A DNA stretch of 64,000 bases from Ostrea edulis (Eukaryota), in assembly GCF_947568905.1 (NCBI RefSeq), contig NC_079170.1:20398001-20462000 (forward strand). The letters are read 5' to 3'. Each line of letters begins with the position of its first letter. The first letter of the stretch is position 1. The notes beneath the pieces were generated by a model that was given only the letters and a program-made list of their open reading frames with translations, had not been told where the DNA came from and ran no database searches. Of the stretch, positions 39,291 to 51,463 are shown piece by piece. The translations under genes were made by a program, and so were the position numbers.

Positions 39291-40954
39291 ATGATTCGTA
39301 TTGTGTTAAATTATTTTGTATTTTTCAATGATATATTAGAAAACCTGACATATTCAGTTAAGCTTTGAATTGAAATCTTCTTAAACAAATAATATTAATA
39401 TTATTACACATGTATAATGTCCTAAAATGTACTGTGACTAATAATGTATGTACACATGTCATAATCTACATGTACACTGTGTGTAGAGAGAGGGCAACAT
39501 AAGTTTTCAGAACATATGCCTATAATCACATTGTATACCCTTGATACTATTATAACATATGATAAAATCAAACCACCCATTGACATGCATGCATAATTAT
39601 ACATGTATGCAAATTACATATTGATTGCTAAATCAATCAATTGAGCATATTCGAAAAAAAATCCAATTGGCATATTTCATGTAATTACTTGCATGTGCGA
39701 ACGTATTTCACACGCAGACATATGTGTCTAATTCTACCACCTGACTATAGTATTAGTGTTTGAAATCTTAATTTATAGTATTCATAGTTTTGAAATTATG
39801 AAAATAAAAAAATCTACATTCTTAGTAATGCACATGCAACGTAAAATCTGCGTAAATACATGACTGTATATAAATGTCCCAGTTGAAGGTTTATGTTCAA
39901 TTCAACCCCAACCCCACATATGCACTTATTTTTAATTACAATGAACTTCGATCTTTGTTTCTATGCGGTGACAAAGCTGGACATTATTCTTCCAGTTTAC
40001 CTTGTGTATTTATCTCTATTGTTCCCATGACGGAGGAAAATCCTTGCAATTAACATGGAACTAACAAGAAATACACGGAGGGATTAACTGAAGTACACAG
40101 GCATGCTAACTTGTCAAACGTAACAACACACGGAATATACTTTGTTTTCTGTATCTCATTTCATATCTGTTTTGTTTAACTGAAAAAATTGGTATAACAA
40201 TATGATGTATATAAAATGCTTACTATTCTTCTCTCACTTACATTTTTAAGTTTTTTTGTGTTCTTTTTAAATTCGCATTTGAATTATTTATTGCATATTA
40301 AATTATTACTTTAAAAACCTCCGAATTTTTGTTAAGTCTCAGCATTGCGGAAACCATTAGGAATCAAAGCCAACAGTTTCCGCAGACTGAAACTTGACGG
40401 AAACTATATAATCGTTTACGCACGGCGTAAACCATACAGGAAACCTCAACTTCAGGTTTCCGCAGACTGAAACTTGACGGAAACTTGCGGAAACTATATA
40501 ATCGTTTACGCACGGCGGAAACCATATGGGAAACCTCAACGTCAGGTTTCCGCAAGGTTTCCATATGGTTTCAGTTTTGCGGAAACTAGCGTTTTCATCC
40601 AGTGCATGTTAATTATAAACATGGAGACCCTGGCCGAATGTGTGAAACGTATGGTAAGAGGCTGGGGTACTCGCTGATGGCTCCCAACGAATGGTATTTT
40701 CAAAATACGAGGCATATCTTTTAACTCTTTTTATGGCACGTTCACATAACGTTAACAAATAATGCATATCCCGTTAGGTCACATTCAAATGTTGAAGAAT
40801 TTAACATATGTCGTTACTTCACGTTGAAGTATCATTAAAGAACGTTGCATGAGCCGATATGACATATGAGACACATTCGTTCAGTAATTCCCGTGAGATG
40901 TCTGCAAATATTACAGATTATGATGTTAATTCGTGTTGCCAATTTTCAATGTAT

Positions 40955-41203
40955 CTACTGACGTGTTTTATACCGATTGTTAAGCCGTTCTTGGCACACT
41001 GATTTGACTGCGGATAACTCCGTTTACCTGATCAGGACATGGGGCTCACGGCGGATGTGACCAGTCAACAGGGGATGCTTACTCCTCCTAGGCACCTGAT
41101 CCCACCTCTGGTGTGTCCAGGGGTCCGTGTTTGCCCAACTATCTATTTTGTATTGCTTGTAGGAGTTATGAGATTGCTCACTGTTCGTTATCTTCACCTT
41201 GCA
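40955..41203 (+). mobile_element. Penelope-like 3' UTR fragment (well preserved)
   Basis: Near-consensus match to the reverse complement of 19851-20100. Confidence 0.9.
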
Positions 41204-42899
41204 TCTACTGTAAGACATTTCTTTTGTGTGATTTCTAATCATTAATGATGGGTAGAAATATCGAATCTCCTGTTGAACAAAATGCAAATTTTTGTGTGCT
41301 ACATGTACTGACAGTCACATATACAACGTATGTGCATATCTCTGTTGTGTCTAATGGTTTCAGGGTGTTTAATTTAGATTATACGCTGACAGATTTGTCA
41401 CTTATTTAGGCCCTATCTCTAGGCCTAGGTGTCGTACGTTTGTGTTCTTGTACGTGCAGTATGGATCATGGGTGTTGTAATGTAATTTTCTTTTATCTAA
41501 AACACTTTTCTGGCCGCACTGATGTTTTGATTAAAACGACTCGGAATGTACGCGGTAGTTATATGTTGTTAATACTCACATCAGATGGCTCTACCGTATT
41601 GTTAAAAACTAGCAGGAACTAAAAATTACCAAGGAGGCGAGGAATACAGATTTCGGGTGTTTTAAAATGTTCAAATTTCCCTAAACTTGGAACTTGAGCA
41701 TAGGCTAGCATTCTCTGAATGAGCGTTAAAAATGTAAAAATCATTCTGATCTACATCACTTTGTTCTAACTAGATCTGGCGACATAATTTATTTTTTTCA
41801 TCTATTGTGACGTCATGTCAGTGACGTAAGCTATGGATTTAGTAAGCTTCATAGTAAAGTTAGGATTTTTCTAACTTCAAGCCCCATCCCTAAAGCTTAC
41901 GTCAATCAATGAAAGTGGTGTTTAGCTATTTGAAGCTTTAATGTTTTAAACAGTTTTTCAAAAACCAACCTGTAACATTTCTTGAAATGGTAGTTTAGTA
42001 ATGTAAATGATGAAAGAAACATATTTGGAGATAAAGGAATTTTAGACACCATTTTCCAATATGCGTTTTTTCAAGGTTTTTAACCTAAAGGGGGTCATTG
42101 GGCTCTCAAATTATCCGATACTCTATCTACTTCTGATGTCAAATGATAGCTGGGGTGTAAAGGTAAAACATATTGAAATGTTTAAAAAATATGAAGGTTT
42201 TTGAAAACACAATTTTCCGGATATGGTAGGCTATGATTAGTCAAAATTTGACTACTATGCGTGCAATTTCATCACCTTGAAACCAAGAACACGGTTCAGT
42301 AGAGGAAAAATTATTGAAAGAAACATATTTCTATCGTTTAAATAAAAACAGTGCATTAAAATGTATGTATATTAGCACTGCTTATTCTAAAGTTATATGT
42401 TCTATTTTTAGGAGTGGATGTACTCTGGGAAAGGCCGCTAAACATATTTTTCTTTGGGAATTTGGTCAATATACATGCAAATTTTGATAGAAATATGTAG
42501 GTTTTTCAATACTAAGATGTGGTATGGGGAATTACCTTATATTTAGTAACAATGTAACTAAAACTTTAATTATTGTTTAGTAGTTTAGTAAATTATTATT
42601 TATCTGCTTACAAAGTAAGCTTACTTTTGAATTTTGACCCATGTGTAAAATAATATTAAGTAATAATGATTTGAAACAATTTTACAAAGTCACAAACATA
42701 AAGTTTTACTGTAATGTCACAGATATCCAAGAAGCAGGAGACAGCTGCATGACTCATCTCTATCTCCTGTATGTATTTAAATGCCGATAATGGCACAGTG
42801 GAATCTCTGGGAACACACACACGTTAATAACAATCATATCGACCAAAGAATGTCGATGTAACTGGCGCTGTTTCATGTCTAATGCAGTGAAAGAATGTA

Positions 42900-44274
42900 A
42901 AGGGTGTTAAGAAAGTTCGTTCCATGATTCACAGCATGCCTAAACTTATTTATAAACAAATCATATACAAGTTTTTATGTTTTTAATAACCAGACAGTCC
43001 ACCTTTGTATTTCAATACATTTTTAATTCTCTTTGGCATTGAATGGATTAAAGAAATCAAATGTTTCTGAGGTATCTCCCTCCATGTACGTTGAAGTCGG
43101 CGGCGTAATTGGCTCATTGTTGTTGGGCGCGGATCCTTGTAGGCCTCGCTGTTCAGAATACTCCAAAGATTTTCTATACAAATTAGGTCTGGGGAATTGC
43201 CTGGCCATTCTTTGTTCGAAAGTTATGTAAATTATTTTCACACCAATTTTGTGTTAGGAAGGTAGTGTGAGGTGTCGCTCCATCTTGAACAAACTTGGCG
43301 TGTCCTGGATATTGAACCAACTTTCGTTCGTCAATCCTACCACTATTTTTTGTCGATTCAGAGCAGGTTTTAGTTCTTTTTGAAGAATTTTATTCACATA
43401 ATAATCAGCATTAATAGTTTTGCCAGCTGGAACAATGTGAAGTTTGGACAAACCCTGAACTCCCATTTCACCCCATATCATGACTTTAGCGCTTGACTCG
43501 ACACAGCTTACGCCTGGAACCTCATCTGACTGGGACCCCCATTCAACATCGTCCTGTCGGTTCGGAACATGAAGCAAATATTTTGTAGATTCATCACTAA
43601 AGATGTAGTTTTCCCAGTGTTCAGCCGTCAAATGCTTGTTATCACGAGCAAATTTCAATCTCTTTTGTCTCTGTTTTTTTTTTGTCAGTAGTTGATTTCT
43701 CGATCTTTTAAATGCCTTCCGTTTTTTACCTTTTCGCAAATAATTATAAACAGTTACGTGACTTATACTAAAGCCTAAGTTCTTAAGTTCCTTGCTGCAT
43801 TTTCTTGTTGATTTTCCTTTTTTGTATTTAATGTTCTCCACTTTTTTCTTTACTACCCCCACTATTTTCGATGGCCGACAGGATCTCGGTTGATCGGGTA
43901 GTTGTTTATTTTGCTCTCGCCTTCGTCTCCACTTTGTTACCCATCGCTCACTTTTACATAGTTGCTTAGCCACATCCTGCACACTTAATCCTGCATCTAA
44001 TAAAGCCAAAGCTTGAACTCGTTCATTAATTGTATAGATACTTGTACAGGATGTCTGCTTTTTCAGCGAACTTGGCATATTTATTTCATGACGTAATAGA
44101 CATTATGTTTACATCACTCCATAGTAACACGAGAGAGTGCACATAGGGAAGGATAACTACCGATATAATGAAAAAAAATTCTAAAGTGTTACCAGTAAAA
44201 ATTTAAAACAAAAATATTTCGTTTTTCTATTTTTTTTTTAATTTACAAACGGATCGAATTTTCTTAACACCCTT
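42900..44274 (-). mobile_element. Tc1/mariner transposon, 1375 bp
   Basis: TA|AAGGGTGTTAAGAAAGTTCGTTCC ... GGATCGAATTTTCTTAACACCCTT|TA; 24-bp TIR with 2 mismatches. Confidence 0.92.
42983..44078 (-). pseudogene. Tc1-family transposase with two frameshifts
   Basis: Paired-like HTH, GRP-like motif (SCRPS), FSDES, then after a frameshift (~43350) FVQDGATPH, and after a second (~43212) EWPGNSPDLICIENLW...KGGLSGY*. Confidence 0.88.
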
Positions 44275-44509
44275 TAGTAATGGTAGACGGTATTTTTCAT
44301 TTGGCAATATTAATCCCATCAGAATCTGGGGGATGATGGAAAAATTAGTTATTAATAATGGAAGATCCAATATCTACACGTACATGTAGAAATGTGAAAA
44401 TGGTAGAAGCATAGGACCTAGAAGAGATGTACTATCATATAAGTATTTCCACTGATTCAATACATAAGAACATGTCATGGGTATGACAAATTGCTAAATT
44501 GAAGCAGGC

Positions 44510-44830
44510 TACTGACAAATAAATTGATCTTTGAGGGTTTCAACAGTTTTATTAAAGTCAGCATTTTGCAAGTTCTGCGGTCGTTATAATGAGGAACAAG
44601 TGAAAATAACGAAGAATGGTGAATATTATAAATGACATAAACGATACAAAATTAAGAGAAGGGCAAACGCGAAACATGCTGTAAGAAAGATAAAGGTAAC
44701 GAACAGTTATCAATCTCATGAATCCCATTAGTAATACGAAATAGATAGTTGGGCAAACGCGGACCCCTGAACACACCAGGGGTGAGATCAGGTACCTAAG
44801 AGGAGTGAGCATGTCATGTCGATCGGTCAC
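44510..44830. mobile_element. Inverted pair of short Penelope-like fragments (+ 44510-44590, - 44688-44830)
   Basis: RT tail on plus, then 3' module on minus. Confidence 0.65.
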
Positions 44831-45589
44831 ACCCGAATTGAAATATTTCTGGATAAATAAACCTTGTTCTCGAATTACCCGGAACTGGATATGTGCACTT
44901 ACCAAAAATGTTATATTCTCTTTATTATGTAAAATCAACAACACAAACCCCAATTGTATTTAGACAGTTACAACACGCTGTCATACTACATGTATCATAC
45001 AGACTGCGACAAAGTTAACCCGTGCCAATCAGGATGTCTTCCATCTGGAGATATATCGGAGTCGAATATGTTTACTGTATTGAATGCGTAACTGGTAAGG
45101 ATGTCTGCAACCAACTACTACAGAGCAGTGTTCATAAGTGATATGAAAAAGAGCTAGTTAAATATGCACATTCTACTTCTTACAGTAAAATATGTAATCT
45201 AATTTTACTTATTCTGACTGGATATTCAGTTGTCATGGGAAATCTACAGGTGGTTTTCTGAAAGAATTTAATGAAAATAAAATCACTAATTCATCGAAAA
45301 CAGATGTATATACATGTATTATGCATTGGCACGATAGATAAATTGTTATTGTCACTGTTAACTAATGAAATCCTTAAAAACCTTAACAAACTAATCCAGA
45401 ATGTTGGTAATTTATGATAAGCTAACCTGAACTTTTGTGGTTGTAATTTTTTTAGTACCATTCTCTGAATATTTACTGAAATTATTCTGGACAACTGGAA
45501 ATCTAAGAAACTGTATGAATTAATAAGTCTAATCGATATATCCCAGTAAACTCGAAATATAAGATACCACAGCCTTCCACGTCTGCTTT

Positions 45590-46380
45590 GTTGTAAGCAT
45601 TCCCTGTTGACCGGTCACATTCGCCATGAGCCCTATATCATGATCAGGTAAACGGAGTTATCTGTTGTCAAAATTAGTGTGCCACGAACAGTATAATAAT
45701 CGGTATGAAACGCGTCAGACAGCATCTAACCTAATGATAGGCTGCATTTGCAAACTCGATGGTTATAACCATCCTAGAATTTTCCAAATGATGACTTTAA
45801 ACGAGATTGTTGAAACCCCTGTACTATTAACTTGTTTTTCAGTCACTTGCCTCGATTTAAAAAGTGGTCATACGCAGAACAAGCTCGTATCGAATCAGTT
45901 AAAGAGATATAAACACCATATGCAGGTGATAATGCAATATTGCTACATAAATATTTGTAGTTGACGATAGAGAAACTGAAATCATCCCGTTTGTCATAGA
46001 GTTCAGTTGTTAGTTTACCGTTAATATCTACTTTCAATAAAATATCTAAGTGTGGGGCTAAAGCGGACGTGTCTGTGGTGCCTTTATTTCAAGCTCGTAT
46101 GGATATATCAAATTGACATATGAATGAAAGTTAATATTGTTAATAGATACAACCTCGTAGATATATCTAAATGTCAAATTGAAGGCCATAGCAAGATGAT
46201 TTTTTTCCTCTCACGTAGATGTTTTTGAATAAAGTCTGCTTCATATGAATACAAAACAGGTGAGCTAACAAAGGAGCAAAATTCATGCCCATAGGAATTC
46301 CGAAAGACTGTTGGAAGACCTGATCACCAAAGACTACAAATATATTCTCAATGGTGAACTCTAGCATATCTTTATTTCAA
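45590..46380 (-). mobile_element. Degenerate Penelope-like RT fragment
   Basis: ORF pieces MLEFTIENIFVVFGDQVFQQSFGIPMG and KVDINGKLTTELYDKRDDF; preceded by a small plus-strand piece at 45535-45575. Confidence 0.85.
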
Positions 46381-46999
46381 GTTCAGAATTTCATTTGAAC
46401 TTGATCATAAATGGGGTGACTCCGATTCCCCTATTGTCAGTTTCCCATATTGTGTAGCAATATTCCAATATCACCTGTTGTTGTGTACTACTTCCACTGA
46501 AACTGACACATGTGACATAGATTGTTCTAGAAAGCTCGATGTTTACTTGCTTTGTATCAATCGCACTCAGTTGACACCTCTGACCTAGATCGTTCTAGAG
46601 TCTCATATTATTACTAGTACAAAGGTGATGTAATAGTTGCATCATTGTCGTTCAAAATTGTACTAGAAAATTCATTCTCATTATGAATACACTGCAATTC
46701 TTATGATAAAAAAAAACCCGACAGATTAAAACAGCTCTGTTTAGACATTTTCTATGCATTTTGAATTTTTATCATACTGGGACCTAGGAATTTGAAATTA
46801 TGCCTACAATTTTTGTGTCTGTAGATTCTGTTTGGATTTATTGTTTAACTACCGCAAGCTTGTATTCTGCGATGTTACAAGTTTCTTTCAATAATTCATC
46901 ATAAATAAATATTAATTGTCTGATTGCCTTTGAAGTAAACTCTGTTGCTATATAAATCAAGGGTAATTCTGACCCATGACACTGTATACCATGTCTAGG

Positions 47000-47230
47000 G
47001 ATCTCTAAACTGATTCGAAACTCGAGAGTATGTTCTTGCGTAAGATATGTTTTCTTGATTCAAGCAAGCAACTGCCAAACAAGATTATGTTACAGGGGTT
47101 TAAACAGTATCGTTTAAAGTCAGCATTTCGCACTTCTCCTATGCTCCTAATCCCACTTCTGATCCTAGTGTACCCTACTCTTATTTTTGTGTTCTCGTTA
47201 GGATTGTTGAGACCGAATCTTGTTTGTTAT
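47000..47230 (+). mobile_element. Degenerate, internally deleted Penelope-like fragment
   Basis: KIMLQGFKQYRLKSAFR followed by a partial 3' module. Confidence 0.65.
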
Positions 47231-47339
47231 CCTTAAATATTTATTTACTTATGTATAGCTCTTATCCTTAGACGAATTTGACCCCCACTTTCTGGCACTC
47301 TGTTTCCCCATAAAATAGCTCTTACAATATTATTATTAT

Positions 47340-47435
47340 TTCGGATTTCAAACATGTTGGTTGAGCATCACTAAAGAGACATTATTTGTCGAAATGCGCA
47401 TCTGGTGCATCGAAATTGGCATCGTACAAGTTTCA
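47340..47435 (+). ncRNA. Hammerhead ribozyme-like motif (same family as 6101-6588; core mutated CTGAAGA>CTAAAGA)
   Basis: gagcatca CTAAAGA GACATTATTTGTC GAAA TGCGC ATCTG GTGCA TC; stems II and III intact. Confidence 0.65.
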
Positions 47436-47707
47436 CATTACTTATGGTGATCATGTTTAAAAGTTAAGTAAAAATGTTGACGATAGCAATATTTTTTCTT
47501 GAATGCCGTCACCAGAAAAAAATAGGAAATGAACTATGCCTCATTATTGTTGCAAATGAGAGTTAATGAGAGACTGGTGTGTATCATATCAAAATGTCGT
47601 ACTGAATCGCATTGTTTTTTCTTGAATTTGAATTGCCAGGAGCAGAAAGATAACAAATAAGCTATGATTCATTATTAAAATACCCAGTGAGAGACTTGAA
47701 TGAACAA

Positions 47708-47784
47708 TATAAATATGCCTTGGTTCAAGCAAATGTTAAATAGAGAAACATTCCGTACTGTTATTGTAATTGTGATTTCTAAAA
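47708..47784 (+). promoter_or_regulatory. TATA box and non-coding exon 1 of peptide pseudogene B
   Basis: TATAAA 47708; agagaaac..tactgttattg..gatttctaaaa|GTAGGA donor at 47785, homologous to A and C. Confidence 0.65.
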
Positions 47785-47919
47785 GTAGGACTTTCACTTA
47801 TTTTCTAGTACTTAACGGAATAAATTTCAGTGTAGTGCATTTGACAGCTTGTTGTGGATTTCAACACGATATTTAAATACATCGACGACATTCTTTAATT
47901 TACAATATAGAATTTCATC

Positions 47920-48855
47920 CATGAAAGGTAAAGATAACAAAAGCTGATCAATCTTATTACTCTATAATTTTGTGTAAGCAATACTAAAAGAGAGTTGGGT
48001 AAACACCGATCCCTGGATACACCAGAGGTGGTGTCAGATGCCTAGGATAGTAAGCATCCCCTGTCGACCGGACACATCCGTCATGAACCCTATATCTTGT
48101 CCAGGTAAACAAAGTTATTCGTAGTCAAAAGCAGCGAGCCAAGAACGGCATAACAATCGGTATGAAGCAGGTCAGACGCATTTGACTCAATGATAGGTTT
48201 TATTAGCAAACCAGATCCTTATAATAACCATAGAATTAGCGAAAAGCTAACTTTAAACGAGACTGTCGATTGGATATATTTCCGTGAACTCGAAGTAAAA
48301 ACACTGACGAATCTTTCAAATCCGTGCTATGTTTGAATTTTTCACTGAACATAAAGGTTAACGGTAAATTAAAACTTTTTTGATAAACTTCCGATATAGA
48401 TGTAGCAATATTCCATGATTACCTGCATTTTGTATTGTATATCAACTGGTTTAATGTTCGTCAGTGAATAAAAAAAAAACTCATACAAGCTACTGGCAGA
48501 TGGATTGATATTATAGTGGTGTCAACAGTCTAGTTAAAAGTCAATATTATAGCAAATTCTATGGTCATTACCATATTCCTTTTTTGCAAATATGACTAGG
48601 TCGAATGTTGTTCGGCGTGCTTCATACAAGTCATAATGGTGTTATTTACCTATTGATTTTGACTACAGACTGCTCCATGTATATGTGATATATAGATTGG
48701 GCTCATGGCAGGTGTAACCGATCAACACGGGTGCTTACTTCACCTAGGAACCTGATACCACAATTGGTGTTTCAAGGATTATGTGTGTACCCTAGACTTA
48801 ATTTTGTAATTTTTATAGGAGTTGTATTCATTTTCTTCTCTTTTTCATTTCATAC
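47920..48855. mobile_element. Divergent Penelope-like fragments in intron of gene B (- 47920-48270; + 48380-48855)
   Basis: Family 3' modules in both orientations. Confidence 0.7.
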
Positions 48856-49315
48856 ATGATGACTGTCATGTTGACTTAATGGTAGAGCGTTCGATTCCTG
48901 AGTATAAAGCCAACAATTTACATTTAAAAGCCGCTAGCGATAAAGTGTACAGAGCTAGTAATCCGTGTGCACGGTTAGATTATTGTTTTTGTGCAGTTTG
49001 AAATGAAATTTTAACCTTCAACTACCACGGAACAGGTCGAACACAACTGATTTCTTCAAATTTATTATTTAATCGTAATTGTGTTTTCCGTTCTTGCACG
49101 TATGATAATGTCTCCCTTCTGATGGATTTGGTTCGGTATGCAAATGACACAAAATGCAGAATTAATCATTCTACTTCCAATAGCATCGTATTGTTTTACA
49201 TGTAGTAAATAAGTGTGGATGATATTTAGGAGATGCTGAAACTCATCGATTCAACAGTTAAATGGATATATTATCAAAATGAATCAGATAATTTATTTTC
49301 AAGGGTTTTCTGTAA

Positions 49316-49534
49316 ATGAACTCAAGAGCCTTGCTTGTCATGGTGTGTCTGTTCTCGCTGATGTTTGCTGACTATTCTGTCTAAGACATAAGTGCTTGTA
49401 AGACACGTATTGGGTGCTCAGGATGCAGATCGGGATGCAAAGCCAGGGGATACCGCTCCGGAACCTGCAGATCCTCATTTGGTTGTCCACGAAGTAGGAG
49501 ATACATTTGCAGATGTGTGGGGTTTCCTGGATGA
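49316..49534 (+). pseudogene. Cys-rich macin-like peptide B, pseudogene
   Basis: MNSRALLVMVCLFSLMFADYSV*DISACKTRIGCSGCRSGCKARGYRSGTCRSSFGCPRSRRYICRCVGFPG*. TAA at 49382-49384 where paralogs have CAA; acceptor reads tgtAA instead of tgtAG; all 8 Cys retained; AATAAA at 49561. Confidence 0.9.
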
Positions 49535-50231
49535 TGTAAAAATACATTTTTAATTCAAACAATAAATTGAAAGTAATGCAACCATCAAAATAGTCATTTA
49601 TACTATAAGGTTTAAAAATGTAAATGTGGTACTGCAGTATGTCGTAACAGCACATGTAAAATTCTGTAATGATACTTTAATGTGAGGTAACGGTATGTGT
49701 AAAATCCTTCAATAACATTTCAACGTGACGTAACGGGATATATAAAGTTCTTTAACGTCATGTAAATATGTCATAACGAGAAACCAGAAAATGTGTAATG
49801 AATATGTCATGCCTTTTGAGTATACCATTCATTAAGACGCATAAATGAATACCCCAGTCGTTAACCATCAATTTTAAACTTTCTGGCAGAGTCTGCATAT
49901 TTATGACTACCATACAAATTCAGATTAGTTATCTTATGTCGAGGAGGCTATAAAGTTTGCAAAGAAATAGCGCATATTACTATTTTACAATGGAGATCAA
50001 TGGTCTATGAATTTCATGTTGTGATATAAATTTCGGGGAAAAGGCAGATATGGACATTTTTGATGCAGCAAAGCAATGTGTTACCGTGGATATCGGGGGT
50101 GATAACATTAAAACCGGAGCTACTGTACCAAGTCAGCGATGTCACATTTGAAATATTTCAAGCGAAGAAATATTGAATATTAAACACAGAAAATTATTAC
50201 ACTTTATTTGGATACCACTTTTCACACTTCA

Positions 50232-50958
50232 CTTAAGGCAATTAGGGTCATTTAAGAGTTCATTGCTATTTCCGTGCTTTATATAAACTATTTCAAATGT
50301 AATATGTACCTTGTATGATCCTCTTAAATATATGTTAAACAACTGTATCCGATTTCCATTCTCAATGACCGTGTAGCGTGTGACAGCGTGACAAGAATTT
50401 CATTGTCATCGAAAGCAAGATTGTTTTAAGACTTGCCTAGATGGTCGAGCGGTCTAGCGCGCTGGTTACGTGCTGCTAGGAGATTTGGTTCCGCAGGTCG
50501 TGAGTTAAACTCCAGGTAGAGGCTGGAGTGGGTATCCACCTAAAGTGAGATTTTCGGTGCTTGATATTAAATATGTCTTTACTTAGGGCAAATATGTGCA
50601 TTCAAGAGTGTATTGCCATTTTCGTGCTTTATATAGAATATTTCAAATGCAATGTGTAACTTGTGTGATGCTCTTAAATGTATGTGACATAAATATCCCA
50701 TTTTCATTCTCAATGACCGTGTAGCTTGTGATAGCACGGCAAGAATTCCATCGCCATCGAAAGCAAGTTTTTTAGACTTGCCTAGATGGTCGAACGGTCT
50801 AGTGCCCTAGTTACATGTTGTTAGGAGATTTGGTTCCGCACGTCGTGAGTTCAACCCCGGGTAGGGGCGGAAGTGGGTATCCAATAAAGTGAAATTGTCT
50901 GTGCTTGTTATAAAATATTTCGTCACCTAGGGCAGTTATGTTCATTTAAGAGTTCATT
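50232..50958 (+). repeat. Tandem ~345-bp repeat (about 2.1 units), each with a tRNA-derived segment
   Basis: gacttgcctagatggtcga at 50430 and 50775; A box TGGTCGAGCGG and B-box-like GAGTTCAACCC; D-arm resembles tRNA-Leu. Confidence 0.8.
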
Positions 50959-51222
50959 GCCAGGGATAGGATTTTCTATATATGTGTTTGTACATACGTT
51001 ACTCGTTTTGATTGTTATGTACTTATTTAATAAATGACAATTTGTATATTATATATGGGGTTGGCTTATTTCGGGACAGGTGACATAAATATTCCCTTTG
51101 TCAAGTTTTAACAGATCGAAATTAAAAATAAATGACAGCACGAAAGCAAAAAGTTAGTCCTTTCATTAATACCTTCAGACGTTTTACAAAACAATAAAAT
51201 AACAATTGTAAGGTATATTGAT

Positions 51223-51463
51223 TGATTGATTGATGTTTTCCACCACACTCAGAAATTTTATGTGATCTGGTGGCGCCCAGTTTTTATTGGTGGAAGAGAG
51301 AACCCAGATACAATGTACCTGGGAAGAAACCATCGACCTTCAGAAAGTAAACTGGAAAACGTTTTCACTTACTGGAGCGAGCGGGATTCGAACCCGCACC
51401 GACAGAGGTGAGAGGCCGTGTGATTTTGAGCGAGATGCTCTAACCACTCGGCCACGGATGCCC
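51223..51463 (-). mobile_element. tRNA-derived SINE (same family as 34346)
   Basis: Reverse-complement match; (TTGA)n tail; TSD gtatattgat at 51213-51222 / 51467-51476. Confidence 0.85.

Larger units (their letters stand above)
30761..40604. mobile_element. CACTA/EnSpm-like element (~9.8 kb), apparently non-autonomous, with nested insertions
   Basis: CAT|CACATGGTGAAAAATGCAGTTTC ... GAAACTAGCGTTTTCATCCAGTG|CAT: imperfect TIRs starting CAC, 3-bp TSD, dense GTTTCCGC/GCGGAAAC subterminal repeats at 30780-31170 and 40340-40590. Confidence 0.65.

Noticed and set aside
40376-40545. Repeat-spacer-like arrays at 30780-31170 and 40376-40545 as CRISPR
   Set aside because: Eukaryotic DNA, no cas genes, no unique spacers; explained as subterminal repeats of a CACTA-like element.
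46560-46670. ITSPLY (CUB-like) string on the minus strand
   Set aside because: Immediately followed by three stops, and no other CUB residues align.
49338-49655. 105-aa minus-strand ORF
   Set aside because: Antisense to peptide pseudogene B; likewise 29879-30109 and 53425-53655 are shadows of A and C.
50430-50530. Genuine tRNA genes at 50430, 50775, 34346, 51400 and 22450
   Set aside because: A/B boxes are present but the anticodon arm and cloverleaf do not form; contexts are SINE, tandem repeat or MITE.
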